Below, one piece after another: positions 37,397 to 47,740 of a DNA stretch of 64,000 bases. The translations under genes and the position numbers were made by a program. Source of the stretch: a virus; IMG/VR virus record IMGVR_UViG_3300040960_001746. The stretch is one strand, 5' to 3'. Numbering within the stretch: position 1 is the first letter of the stretch; the number at the start of each line of letters is the position of its first letter. Under the pieces are notes generated by a model. The model had not been told where the DNA came from. It ran no database searches and saw only the letters and a list, made by a program, of their open reading frames with translations.

Positions 37397-38719
37397 ATTA
37401 TGTGAGCGTAAAGCCCACTCATCGCTTCAGCGTGGGTGGGATGTAAGCGACACAAATATCTAAATTATTTTAATAAATGTAAAGAAAATTTATATTTTAT
37501 TTAAACTTTTTAATTTTTCTACATATTTATATATGATGATAAAAGCTTTTAAATATAGACTTAACCCCACTGAAGAACAAAAAGTTCTTCTGAATAAACA
37601 TATTGGGGCAAGTCGGTTTATATATAATTTGGCTTTGGAAACAAAACAAATAGCTTATGTTGGTAATAAACATAATCTTTCCTGTTTTGAATTACATTCA
37701 CAACTAAAAGAACTAAAAGAAGAACTTCCTTGGTTGAAAGAAGTTAATTCGCAATCATTGCAACAAAGTATAACTAATTTAGATAAAGCGTATACATCTT
37801 TCTTCAAAGGTTTCAATTCATTTCCTAAATATAAAAAGAAAAGTAATGGTGGTAGTTTTAATATACCACAAAGAGTTAAAGTAGAAAATGGTAAATTAGT
37901 CATACCTAAATTCACAAAGAAAAATGGTATAGATATTATCTTACATAGACCACTTAAAGGTGAAATAAGACAATCTACTATTAGTAGAACACCTACAGGT
38001 AAATACTTTGTATCTATCCTTTGTGAAACAGGTGAAACTAATAAAGCTAAATCTAAAATAAAAGAAAAAACAACAATAGGCATTGATTTAGGCATAAAAG
38101 ATTTTGTAATCACTTCTGATGGTGAAGTATTTGATAACCCTAAATACTTACGTAAATCACAAAGTAAATTAAAGTATATTCATAGAAAATACAGTAAGAA
38201 TAAAGGGAAACGAACAAAACAAAAATTAGTAAAGTTACATGAAAAGGTAACAAATAAAAGAAAAGATTATTTGCATAAAGTATCCACTAAACTGGTTCGT
38301 GAGAACCAAACAATCGGTTTAGAGAATTTAGCGGTTAGTAATATGATTAAAAATCATAACTTAGCACAAGCTATTAGTGATGTAAGTTGGTCAACATTTG
38401 TTAATATGTTAGAATATAAAGCAGAATGGTATGGAACAAATATACTTAAAATCGGTAGGTTTGAACCAAGTTCAAAAACATGTTCTAATTGTGGTTATAT
38501 TAATAAAGAACTGACTTTAAAAGATAGGGAATGGACATGCAAAGCATGTCATTCCCATCATGATAGGGATGTTAATGCGGCAATCAATATAAAGAATTTC
38601 AGTTTAAGAAATATATTGTCAGGGACTGACAGTAAAAATCATGACGAACTGCCAACGTTAGTTGGAGTGTTGACTCATGAAGCCCAACCCATCGGCTCTG
38701 TCGTGGGTGGGTAGTTCAC
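37397..38719 (+). mobile_element. Non-autonomous IS200/IS605-family element (TnpB only)
   Basis: Matching subterminal hairpins at 37414-40 and 38683-711; left guide AAAG with target TTAC (37393-96); right guide GAAG with end TCAC (38716-19), following IS608 pairing rules; no TnpA. Confidence 0.8.
37533..38714 (+). CDS. tnpB: RNA-guided endonuclease TnpB
   Basis: HTH KAFKYRLNPT; RuvC D (GIDLG), E (GLENL), D (DRDVNAA); Zn finger CSNC..CKAC. Confidence 0.92.
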   Translation: MMIKAFKYRLNPTEEQKVLLNKHIGASRFIYNLALETKQIAYVGNKHNLSCFELHSQLKELKEELPWLKEVNSQSLQQSITNLDKAYTSFFKGFNSFPKYKKKSNGGSFNIPQRVKVENGKLVIPKFTKKNGIDIILHRPLKGEIRQSTISRTPTGKYFVSILCETGETNKAKSKIKEKTTIGIDLGIKDFVITSDGEVFDNPKYLRKSQSKLKYIHRKYSKNKGKRTKQKLVKLHEKVTNKRKDYLHKVSTKLVRENQTIGLENLAVSNMIKNHNLAQAISDVSWSTFVNMLEYKAEWYGTNILKIGRFEPSSKTCSNCGYINKELTLKDREWTCKACHSHHDRDVNAAINIKNFSLRNILSGTDSKNHDELPTLVGVLTHEAQPIGSVVGG

Positions 38720-38739
38720 ATTATACCCACTTACCTTCT
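38570..38739 (+). ncRNA. Putative omegaRNA scaffold plus guide (5' boundary approximate)
   Basis: TnpB omegaRNAs overlap the 3' CDS and right end; predicted guide attatacccacttaccttct starts at 38720. Confidence 0.55.
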
Positions 38740-39353
38740 TTCCTCATCTGACCTAAAACACACGCATATGCGTCAGTCATATCATAATTTTCTTTAGTTA
38801 GTTTTTGGTGTTTGTTATATAACCATACAACTTGTGGTTCTCTTTCATTTACCTTTTCCCATATAACTTGTTTCTTATCCACATCCCAAGAATGTCCACC
38901 AAATAAAACAGGTTGTTTCTTTTCTATTTCCTTTTCACTATACGGCTCACCTTTTTTATTGAACTTTCTTATTTCCATTAATTCAGGAAATGCGTACTTT
39001 CTAGCATCATAAGATGAAATGAATTCTGGGATAATGTTTAATACCTCATACACTGACCTACAAATCATACCATTAAATCTTAATAATGTCGCCACAGTGT
39101 TTACATTATTGGATCTCACCAATGGTTCCTCAATAATAACTCTACTGATATCAATATCACTGTACTTCTCCAAAAACTCAAACTGAAATATTTGTGCCTT
39201 TTTAATTAACAATTCAATGTTATCTTGTGGTCTTGGCTTTACCTTTGGGGTGATGTGTGTTAACATCTGTAGTTTACCATTATCACCCTTGTCTTCGAAT
39301 AACGATATACCTATCGTTTTGGTTGAGACATCTAATCCCAATATTCTACTCAT
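38721..39353 (-). CDS. RuvC-like Holliday junction resolvase
   Basis: ILGLDVSTKTIG, VIIEEP, DMTDAY. Confidence 0.8.
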   Translation of the reverse strand: MSRILGLDVSTKTIGISLFEDKGDNGKLQMLTHITPKVKPRPQDNIELLIKKAQIFQFEFLEKYSDIDISRVIIEEPLVRSNNVNTVATLLRFNGMICRSVYEVLNIIPEFISSYDARKYAFPELMEIRKFNKKGEPYSEKEIEKKQPVLFGGHSWDVDKKQVIWEKVNEREPQVVWLYNKHQKLTKENYDMTDAYACVLGQMRKEGKWV

Positions 39354-39373
39354 AAAAAACTTTTTTCTTACTA

Positions 39374-40669
39374 TTATATAACAATTTGTACGTCAAAGAC
39401 TACAAAATCGTTCTTCTTTTTAACTATGTGTCTGTCTGTTTTACCAATTGCTAAAACATTACCTGCCACATCTGTAATAGCCACTTCACTAATTCTAACA
39501 TCGTCAGTAACAGTTAGAGTTTCATTTTGTGAATTGTAAAACTCACCTCTCGCCGCAATACATACAATGTTTTGAACTAAATCTTTTTGTACACTATCTA
39601 CAACACAATTATAAGTACCACTAACATAATAGTAAAGTCCTAATGAATTAATTACTGTTTTAGTTGCTGGATCACCGACAAAATCAGTTGCGACATTATT
39701 AACAATGGTTTGATCTGTAATTGCAAAAATACCTTTATCTAAATAAACCACACCCGCAATTTTGTCCGCATTTATTCCTGTAGATGAAATAGTTTGTACA
39801 TTTATTAATTCTTTGTTGTTTAAACTAAATGGTTTAAATGAATCATACCCAGTTGCCCAACTCTTAGAAGAATCATTGTTAGGTTTCTGTATATCATCAG
39901 AAACTAAATAAGAGACATTGATTTTTCTTTTAAATAATGTTTGTGGATAACTACTTCTATCAATATAATCTGAATCTAAATCTGTTTTAGGTATTGTAGT
40001 TTTAGGATATGTAGAATATAATGTATATGTAGTTAATCCAGTAGGTGTACCCCCAGTTGTGTAACCAGTATAAACAGGTATTTCCAATTTAACTGACTTA
40101 CCATCTATAATCTCACCATATTTGTCGTTGTCGATTACACCCATAAGTACATTACTCACACCTAAACCACTAAATGATGTATCTGACCACCCTCCGTTTT
40201 GTGATGTAGTACCAGTAAACACATTAACATCTGCCTTTTTTATCGGTAGAGATAAACTTTTAAAATAATTAGTATCGTCACTACTAGTGTCTGTCTTATC
40301 TAATTGTACATAAGTAAGAGAATTACCACTAACTGTGTTTTCACCTACTTTTTTAATTTCCATATTAATATTACTAGAATTACTTTCTACTAATTTTTTA
40401 GTGGTTGGTGCAACTGTGACAAATAATTTACTACCAATACCTACATTCTCAAATATGTTATCGTTAGTTGTACTATTCACACCTAAATTACCACTATTTG
40501 TAGGTATCTTCCCAGTTGTTAGTTTTTCACTTGTGTTATAATTTGCGTCAGAGTCACCCAAAATAAAATGAGTGAAGATAGTATTGTTGTTTGTCAATAT
40601 CTTCTCTCTTCCAAGATTAGTTAATCTCGCTCTGATTGTTACTGTAGTTGCACTATCTATAAATCCCAT
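39374..40669 (-). CDS. Putative tail/baseplate structural protein (tail-collar-like termini)
   Basis: ARLTNLGRE..F.LGDS..NY and ISEVAI.D..GN.LAIGK; paralog of the next gene. Confidence 0.55.
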   Translation of the reverse strand: MGFIDSATTVTIRARLTNLGREKILTNNNTIFTHFILGDSDANYNTSEKLTTGKIPTNSGNLGVNSTTNDNIFENVGIGSKLFVTVAPTTKKLVESNSSNINMEIKKVGENTVSGNSLTYVQLDKTDTSSDDTNYFKSLSLPIKKADVNVFTGTTSQNGGWSDTSFSGLGVSNVLMGVIDNDKYGEIIDGKSVKLEIPVYTGYTTGGTPTGLTTYTLYSTYPKTTIPKTDLDSDYIDRSSYPQTLFKRKINVSYLVSDDIQKPNNDSSKSWATGYDSFKPFSLNNKELINVQTISSTGINADKIAGVVYLDKGIFAITDQTIVNNVATDFVGDPATKTVINSLGLYYYVSGTYNCVVDSVQKDLVQNIVCIAARGEFYNSQNETLTVTDDVRISEVAITDVAGNVLAIGKTDRHIVKKKNDFVVFDVQIVI

Positions 40670-40679
40670 TTTTTATTAT

Positions 40680-42920
40680 TTAAAAGTCTATTGTTAATTC
40701 TATTGATGCGGTAGTAGAATCTGCCAATCTAATAGGTCTAGACAACTTACCAACCAATACTAAATTATTGTTATTATCTAACACACCTATCTCACTAACA
40801 TATCTATCTAAACCAAAGTCATATGTAGTATTACTACTAGATGCAATTGTTGCTCCATCTATGTTTATATTAAATAGTGATTTATATATTGTCGCCGCAA
40901 TATGTGTTCTTAAATTACCATAGAATAATCTTTCATCTCCAAAAGTCATCTTACCATAATATTGTGCGGTTGACATATCTAATTCCTCACCTAAATTAAA
41001 TTGTGTTCCACCAGTATATAAAGAACCTGTTAATATAAATCCTGTTGTGTTTGGATTTTGGTTCTGTAGTAATAGTGGGTTAATTGTTTCCCCACTATTT
41101 CCTGTGATGTTTGTAGATGTAAAGTCAACAACCTTCCATCCCGATGGGGAAGGTCTATTTTGTGTATCTCTATTTATTACTTGTGCTAGAACTTTAAATG
41201 AATCCGCAAAGAAACCATAACCATCATATCCAGAATCTTCTCTTTTTCTCATATATGGTAAATGATTAACGTTATCTATCCTAAACTGAACGTCTTTATC
41301 AGAACTTGTTTTGTTGTCGATAACTGTATATCTCTGACAAGGTAGTGTAGGTGTGGTAACCGTTGTCGTACCTGTTGATCCTGTACCAACATTCTCTAAC
41401 CAATAAGTCATAAACAATGTTTCACCCGCTTTTAACACTCCAGTACAATTACCATTAACTGATGTAACTAATTCTGCAGATAAGTCAGGTAGTGTATAGT
41501 TTCTGTTCGATTTGTATGACATCGCAGCAACCAACTCTTCATTATCTATAACAACAATTTTTAATTGTGGGAATATTTTACCAACTACTAATGGCATTGT
41601 AGGTGTCACCGACATACCACTATACTCAATTAAATCATAATACTCAACATCATTATTAGATGACAATGTTTTCTTAATTGTATCTGAAGTAAATCTCATA
41701 CCTAATGTAGTACCACTCGCAGTACCTACATCATTTCTTCTGTGCCACATAACAGGTATATCTAAATTCAATAATTTACCTGTTTCCTCATCGATATAGA
41801 ATTGTTCTCCGTAGAAATTCGATATACAACTATTAGAATAATGTAAAATAGATATTGATTTCTTATAAGGATCAATATAACTTATAGGTTGATCAGTACC
41901 ACATATTGATGTTGCATCATTTGTGTTACAAACTAAATTTTCATTATATCCTAAATATTGTTTAGAACCTGTAAATTGTTCTGAACCAAACAAATTATGT
42001 TCGTGATAATTAACAGGAGAATCTTTGTAAAGTCCCGCAGGGTTTTCTGTCCACACATTATTCATATTCCACACTGGAATATTTTCATTACATATATCAC
42101 AACTACTATCAAATGATAATGTACCTGTGTTCCAATACGCCGCCAATGAATTTGTCCCATAGTAATCATCTGTAGGGTTATCACCACCAGGTAAAGTATA
42201 GTATGTAATTACCGTTCCCGAATATGCGTTTAACGTTGGTAAAACTCTATCCACTTTAATTGTAGAACCACTAATAGATGTAATATTATATGTAGTATTT
42301 ATTGTCGCCGCAGTCATTGTAGTTCCTGTTTGACTACCTAATGTTGGGTTTGTAAATCTAAATATAATATAATCATTAACTTCTGTGTTAGTTAATGTAA
42401 TACCTGATAACACACCTTGTGTGAAAGTAGTAACATCTATAGAACCATCAAAATTAACTAAATCTATTGTCCCAGTTTCTTTAATGAAATCTGTTCCTGT
42501 TTGTGGTATTAATCCTGTATCTACTGTGGATCCTGAAAAGAATCCTCTGTCATCCGCTTCATTAGTAACTACACCTTTAATTAATTGTATATTACTTTGT
42601 TGATTTAGAGGAAATATGAATTGGTTACTTTGATTTAAAAGGAATGAAGAAAAGAATGGGTTATCGTCTTTTGGCCTTAATACTTTTGAGAATATTTTTT
42701 TAACTATATTACCGTCCGCCTCAGGAAACCAAAATTCTCCTGTCGTTGCACCTTCGTTGGGTACAAATTCACTCCATCCTTTAACATAATTATAGTCGAC
42801 TTCTGAATCGCCAATCATATAATTAGTAAAGGTTAATTGTCCTTTTGCTAATTGTTCTCTACCTATATCAGTTAGTTTAACTCTTACTAAGGTAGTATCT
42901 TGTTTATTAATGTAACTCAT
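40680..42920 (-). CDS. Putative tail/baseplate structural protein (tail-collar-like termini)
   Basis: VKLTDIGRE..IGDSEVDY and VSEIGVLD..NLVLVGKLSRP; Thr/Gly-rich. Confidence 0.55.
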   Translation of the reverse strand: MSYINKQDTTLVRVKLTDIGREQLAKGQLTFTNYMIGDSEVDYNYVKGWSEFVPNEGATTGEFWFPEADGNIVKKIFSKVLRPKDDNPFFSSFLLNQSNQFIFPLNQQSNIQLIKGVVTNEADDRGFFSGSTVDTGLIPQTGTDFIKETGTIDLVNFDGSIDVTTFTQGVLSGITLTNTEVNDYIIFRFTNPTLGSQTGTTMTAATINTTYNITSISGSTIKVDRVLPTLNAYSGTVITYYTLPGGDNPTDDYYGTNSLAAYWNTGTLSFDSSCDICNENIPVWNMNNVWTENPAGLYKDSPVNYHEHNLFGSEQFTGSKQYLGYNENLVCNTNDATSICGTDQPISYIDPYKKSISILHYSNSCISNFYGEQFYIDEETGKLLNLDIPVMWHRRNDVGTASGTTLGMRFTSDTIKKTLSSNNDVEYYDLIEYSGMSVTPTMPLVVGKIFPQLKIVVIDNEELVAAMSYKSNRNYTLPDLSAELVTSVNGNCTGVLKAGETLFMTYWLENVGTGSTGTTTVTTPTLPCQRYTVIDNKTSSDKDVQFRIDNVNHLPYMRKREDSGYDGYGFFADSFKVLAQVINRDTQNRPSPSGWKVVDFTSTNITGNSGETINPLLLQNQNPNTTGFILTGSLYTGGTQFNLGEELDMSTAQYYGKMTFGDERLFYGNLRTHIAATIYKSLFNINIDGATIASSSNTTYDFGLDRYVSEIGVLDNNNNLVLVGKLSRPIRLADSTTASIELTIDF

Positions 42921-42962
42921 TTCCTCTTTTATTTATTAATAAATATATCAAATATTATTATT

Positions 42963-45869
42963 TTAATATGATTGTCCACTATTAAATTGTATTTCTATTT
43001 CATTTACATCACTATAGTTTACACTATAAATAGTTTCACCAATAATAGGGGTATAAAATTTTTCATTTTTAACCCTATATATAAATTTATCACCTGCAAC
43101 CGCATTTGTCAATGTTATAGTATTACTATATGTTTTTTGTCCTATAATATAATCGACAATAAAACTGTATTCTATTGATTCAAAAAATTCGTCACTAGGA
43201 TCAGTCACTTCTATTGTAAACCTACCAAATGTTTGTGTTGGTGCATCGTTGATAGACCAACTAATTGTGGGTGTATTATTAGGTACTAACCCATTTATCG
43301 CAGCGGTGGGAACATAAAACGCTTCTATTATATCACCAACAACTAAATCATCTTCAAATATAATTCTTCTACTATCAGATATAGATAAGTAATATTCAAT
43401 ATCTTTACTTAATATTGTACCATTTAAAGATAAAACAACATCACTATTAGGAACACTAGTTAAATAAAATTCATATCTATTTTGTGTGGTATTATAAAAT
43501 ACTCTATCAGTAGATAATTGGGTACCAGTTGCACCGCTTTCTATTGTCCTAGATATTGTATATAAATCTGCCAATAAATCATTACTACCACCATTATTAA
43601 CATAAGCATATGTTAAAACTTGATTAGGTAATGGATTAAATAATAACTTAATATATGGTGTAGTAGCAGAGGTAACTGCACTATATTCAATGTTCTTAGC
43701 CAAAACAGAACCATTATATGAAACTATTGGATCAGATAATCCATTTACTATATATTCAGTAACCCCACTTTCAGTAAATCTACTTTGTACTACTAAGTTA
43801 CCAGTATCTTGTGGTTGTGGTGCAACGGAACTATTAAACAATGGTTTTTCTGATTCAAATAGAGATAAGAAATACCAATCCGTTTCAGGTACATATAAAC
43901 CATATAAGTTACCTCTTTTATAAGTATCAATACTATTTTTTATAACTTTTTGTTTCTTAGATAGTAAAGTATTAACATTGTAACTCCAATAAGTTTTTAT
44001 TAAGAATTCACCCTCACCTATATTCAATGTAGGTACGTATATAGTATTGTTAGTATTGGCAGTTAACTCTTTATAGTCTATGGTAAAGTTGGATAATGCT
44101 GATTTAGTAAACTGACTAATACTTTGATCGTACCCATATACTTCACCGAATAATGAAAGTTTTTTGGGTTCTATTACGTTATTAACATTATTTACTAAAA
44201 CGTCAAATAAGTATCCTGTCCTACTTTTAGGTACAATATATACTGACCTATCACAAGAAATAGATTTATCTGTTATCATATTAGGTAATCCCCAATATGA
44301 TGATGTACCTGTAATACCACTATTAATTAAAGATAACCCATCACTTTCAAAATTACATTGTACACCCAAACCATTAGGTCTATGTATAATGTGTAAATTA
44401 GTATTGTTATAGTCTGCAAGGTAGATTCTCTCATCTGGTGCTAATTGTAACGCCCCAAAACTCGCCCCACTAATATTACCCACCTCAATTACGTTATCTA
44501 TCATTTCAGTAGATGAAGTATAACTTAAATCAAACTGATATACTTTTTCACCCGCACCTTCACTAACATAAAACTTAGAAGAATCTGAAGAAAATTCCAA
44601 ACCATAAGGCCCAACATCAAAAGTCATTCCCGTTAGTGATATAAAATTACTTAACGTACCACCTGTGACATCAAAATCAAAAATGTCTATAATATCCTCA
44701 TCATATAGTAAAGATATTAATTTAGAACAATCGGGAGATGTTTTCATATAACCTCTCGCAGTATTGTGTGTAGAACCGATATTTGTGATTATCGGTCCAC
44801 TTAATCCCGTAGAAGATAATTTATATGTATAATATGATGTATCGCCACTTGTATGAGTTATAATCCAATAAGAGTCTTCAGATGTATTATTACACGCAGT
44901 AACTTTTTCAGTTAATGGTGAATTAATAAGTTTAATGTTTTTAGTTTCTACCTCACCCTCACCATTCTGTAATTCCATATTAACTATAGAATATTCAAAA
45001 CCATTAGGACTTCCGTTGTAATCTGTTGTAAACAAATAATACTTATTGGACTCTGGTTTAGGAACAATAACAACTGATTGCGTTGAGGTTCCTGAACTAG
45101 ATAACCCTGTACCGTTAGTCATAATTGTATTTCCACTAGTGTATACTGTTTCCCCATTTGTATAAAATAATAGTTGTCCTTCTCTGTTAGATATTGATGC
45201 AACACCTTCTTGTGATTCCATCGCCCCACTTAATATAACTGGTGTCCCACCACTTTGTATTGGGTTAAAAGATATTCCAGAATTTTTACCAAAGAACCAA
45301 TTGTAATTCATTCTATCATATGTCTCTCCTGTATATGTCACAGGACCACATAAAGTATCTGCGGTAGTTGCAGGAATCTTTCTAACACCTCTTATTGTAA
45401 CTTGTGGAAAATCAAAACTATCAAAGTCCGATCTTTCTATATGATTATATTTCGCCCTATTACTTACAGGTTCCCAACCATAGTTGTTACTTTCATTTCT
45501 ACTAGATAATAATTGATATTTTTTACCATTATCTATATAAAGTATTTCATTGTTCTCAGTAATTTCTACCTCAGAATTTGAGTCACTTACATTACCTGAA
45601 AAATTTAATGGTATTGTTTTTTCTGTTAATCTATTTCTAAATATGGATTGTCCATATTTATTAGGTTTCGATAATAAAAATATATCATCTATTCTCGATA
45701 AGTCTGTAGGTAGGAATAATGATTTTTCTGTTTTTAAAAATGTGGACGTAGAGGATGCCTGATAATTCATATCAGTACCAATATTTAAATTAATAGGTGA
45801 CTCAATTTCAGTTATTACTTCACCTCCTATCGATATTGGATTTACTATTTTACCTCTTATTCCTGCCAT
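42963..45869 (-). CDS. Putative virion protein with Bacteroidota-type beta-propeller
   Basis: NWFFG..EGVASIS..LLFYTNG..STQS..IVPKP..YYLFT..YGLEFS..ALQLAPD..GLPN; two V..NG..L.K.IEY repeats. Confidence 0.6.
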   Translation of the reverse strand: MAGIRGKIVNPISIGGEVITEIESPINLNIGTDMNYQASSTSTFLKTEKSLFLPTDLSRIDDIFLLSKPNKYGQSIFRNRLTEKTIPLNFSGNVSDSNSEVEITENNEILYIDNGKKYQLLSSRNESNNYGWEPVSNRAKYNHIERSDFDSFDFPQVTIRGVRKIPATTADTLCGPVTYTGETYDRMNYNWFFGKNSGISFNPIQSGGTPVILSGAMESQEGVASISNREGQLLFYTNGETVYTSGNTIMTNGTGLSSSGTSTQSVVIVPKPESNKYYLFTTDYNGSPNGFEYSIVNMELQNGEGEVETKNIKLINSPLTEKVTACNNTSEDSYWIITHTSGDTSYYTYKLSSTGLSGPIITNIGSTHNTARGYMKTSPDCSKLISLLYDEDIIDIFDFDVTGGTLSNFISLTGMTFDVGPYGLEFSSDSSKFYVSEGAGEKVYQFDLSYTSSTEMIDNVIEVGNISGASFGALQLAPDERIYLADYNNTNLHIIHRPNGLGVQCNFESDGLSLINSGITGTSSYWGLPNMITDKSISCDRSVYIVPKSRTGYLFDVLVNNVNNVIEPKKLSLFGEVYGYDQSISQFTKSALSNFTIDYKELTANTNNTIYVPTLNIGEGEFLIKTYWSYNVNTLLSKKQKVIKNSIDTYKRGNLYGLYVPETDWYFLSLFESEKPLFNSSVAPQPQDTGNLVVQSRFTESGVTEYIVNGLSDPIVSYNGSVLAKNIEYSAVTSATTPYIKLLFNPLPNQVLTYAYVNNGGSNDLLADLYTISRTIESGATGTQLSTDRVFYNTTQNRYEFYLTSVPNSDVVLSLNGTILSKDIEYYLSISDSRRIIFEDDLVVGDIIEAFYVPTAAINGLVPNNTPTISWSINDAPTQTFGRFTIEVTDPSDEFFESIEYSFIVDYIIGQKTYSNTITLTNAVAGDKFIYRVKNEKFYTPIIGETIYSVNYSDVNEIEIQFNSGQSY

Positions 45870-45878
45870 AGTTTAAGT

Positions 45879-47705
45879 TTAAGATGCGACAAAATTATTA
45901 CCCCCAATAATAATCCATCCAGATGTACCTCCATATAGTAATTGTACCGATTCACCAACCGAAGTTAGTGTTACTGCACTATACCCTAGAAAATCACCGC
46001 CTATAGTAGTATTCACACCCAAATTGGCATCAACATAAATCATTATTTTTTGCCCCCTACTACCATTAGGTAATGTAACATTGTTTGTTCCAGTTATTCT
46101 AACCCCAATTGTTGAGACTCCTCCTGAAATTGTTAATGTCCCATCACCATTTATTGTAGAAACACCTAACTCTCTGACTTCACCATTAATTTCTAAACTA
46201 GGGACATATACAAAATCATCTTCTGTACGTGTCAAATTACTACCACCCAAAATAGCACTATTAGTACCAGTAACAGTAGAGTTTGTGGAAAAAACAAATG
46301 ATGTCTCCCCACTCGCAACTGAAGTATCCCCACCAGCAAAACTATTCAACCCTATAGATTGACATCTATTGTTTTGTGCGTGAGAATAATCACCACTAGC
46401 AACAGATAAATTACCTTCCGCATGTGATCCTGCACCACTAGCAGTAGTAGTATTACCTTCTGCAATTGAAAAGTTACCACTTGCCGTATTTCTATTACCT
46501 AAAGATACTGAAGCATTACCGTTAGATCTATTTTGATTACCTAACGATATGGAGTATGTACCATCAGCTTGATTTTGAAAACCAAAAGCAAAGGAAGTTG
46601 TTCCAGTCGCTGATGATGTAACTGATTGTATACTATCGTTAACTGTAATTGGTGAACAACCATATAGATTGGTTACATATAGGTCTGTAATACAATCTCC
46701 TGATGTATTACCTGTGAATGTATCAGTAACACCTGTTATATTAACAAAGTTACCATCATTTCTTAATAGCGATAATGTATTTGTTGTGTCGTTAAAGGTT
46801 CCAGCGATAACAAACGTATCTGTAATTCCTGTTACATCGAATGTTCCACCACTAGTATTTGTAAATGTAATTGTATCTGTATTGTTATCAAAAGTTCCTC
46901 CTGTTACATATATATCAGAAACTGACCCGGTAGTCCCTGTAACAACATTACCACTAGAATCTAAACCTAAATTAATAAGAGGAGTACCACTCAATATAGT
47001 CCCAATGTTTAATGATCCACTAATTTTTGTATTACCACTAACATCTAAAACCTCTGTAGGTGATGTAGTACCAATACCAACCCTATTATTAGTCAAATCT
47101 ATTGTAACACCACTTGTTGAACCGAAATAAATATTACCTTCATCCAACGGATTAATGTTTAATGGAGAACAAGAATGTATGTTTGATACATATAAATCAT
47201 TCACACAATCACCAGAATTACCAATAGTTGTAACTGAAATGGTATTCGCAGTAAAATCATCTATAGTACCTGTGGATGCACTTAATCCAGGATCGAACAA
47301 CCACGTACCATTCGAATCTGTATAAATTCTAGAATCTACACCATTACTTTGCCCGTCTTCCAATGTGATTCCACCACCTATCGCAGTTAAATGTGTTCCA
47401 CTATAATTTAATACAATGTTATTATCTTTTGATTGAATTACTTCTGTGTTTATCGTTGTTGCAGAACCATTAATAATTACATTACCATTGATCGTTATTG
47501 CGGAAGTACACGCATTAACCGTATCTAATAAAAGTGGTGTACTACAAGTATAGGAACTAAATCCATTAAATAGTTGTTCAACACTACCCTTATAAGATGA
47601 CCCTGCAGGACTTTGTGATGTATCACCAGTTACCACAAAATGTAGTAAATCTGTTAGTGTTACACCACTAATTAGTTGTCTATCGGTTAGTCTTTGTTTT
47701 GGCAT
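45879..47705 (-). CDS. Tail fibre/adhesin with YadA-like head repeats
   Basis: 14-residue (S/A)xAxGxxxxAxGxx repeats; RVGIGTTSP..LDVSGN; internal GDC..DLYV.N...CSP duplication. Confidence 0.7.
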   Translation of the reverse strand: MPKQRLTDRQLISGVTLTDLLHFVVTGDTSQSPAGSSYKGSVEQLFNGFSSYTCSTPLLLDTVNACTSAITINGNVIINGSATTINTEVIQSKDNNIVLNYSGTHLTAIGGGITLEDGQSNGVDSRIYTDSNGTWLFDPGLSASTGTIDDFTANTISVTTIGNSGDCVNDLYVSNIHSCSPLNINPLDEGNIYFGSTSGVTIDLTNNRVGIGTTSPTEVLDVSGNTKISGSLNIGTILSGTPLINLGLDSSGNVVTGTTGSVSDIYVTGGTFDNNTDTITFTNTSGGTFDVTGITDTFVIAGTFNDTTNTLSLLRNDGNFVNITGVTDTFTGNTSGDCITDLYVTNLYGCSPITVNDSIQSVTSSATGTTSFAFGFQNQADGTYSISLGNQNRSNGNASVSLGNRNTASGNFSIAEGNTTTASGAGSHAEGNLSVASGDYSHAQNNRCQSIGLNSFAGGDTSVASGETSFVFSTNSTVTGTNSAILGGSNLTRTEDDFVYVPSLEINGEVRELGVSTINGDGTLTISGGVSTIGVRITGTNNVTLPNGSRGQKIMIYVDANLGVNTTIGGDFLGYSAVTLTSVGESVQLLYGGTSGWIIIGGNNFVAS

Positions 47706-47740
47706 CTTATTTCTTTTTTATTATAAATATTTCATATTAT

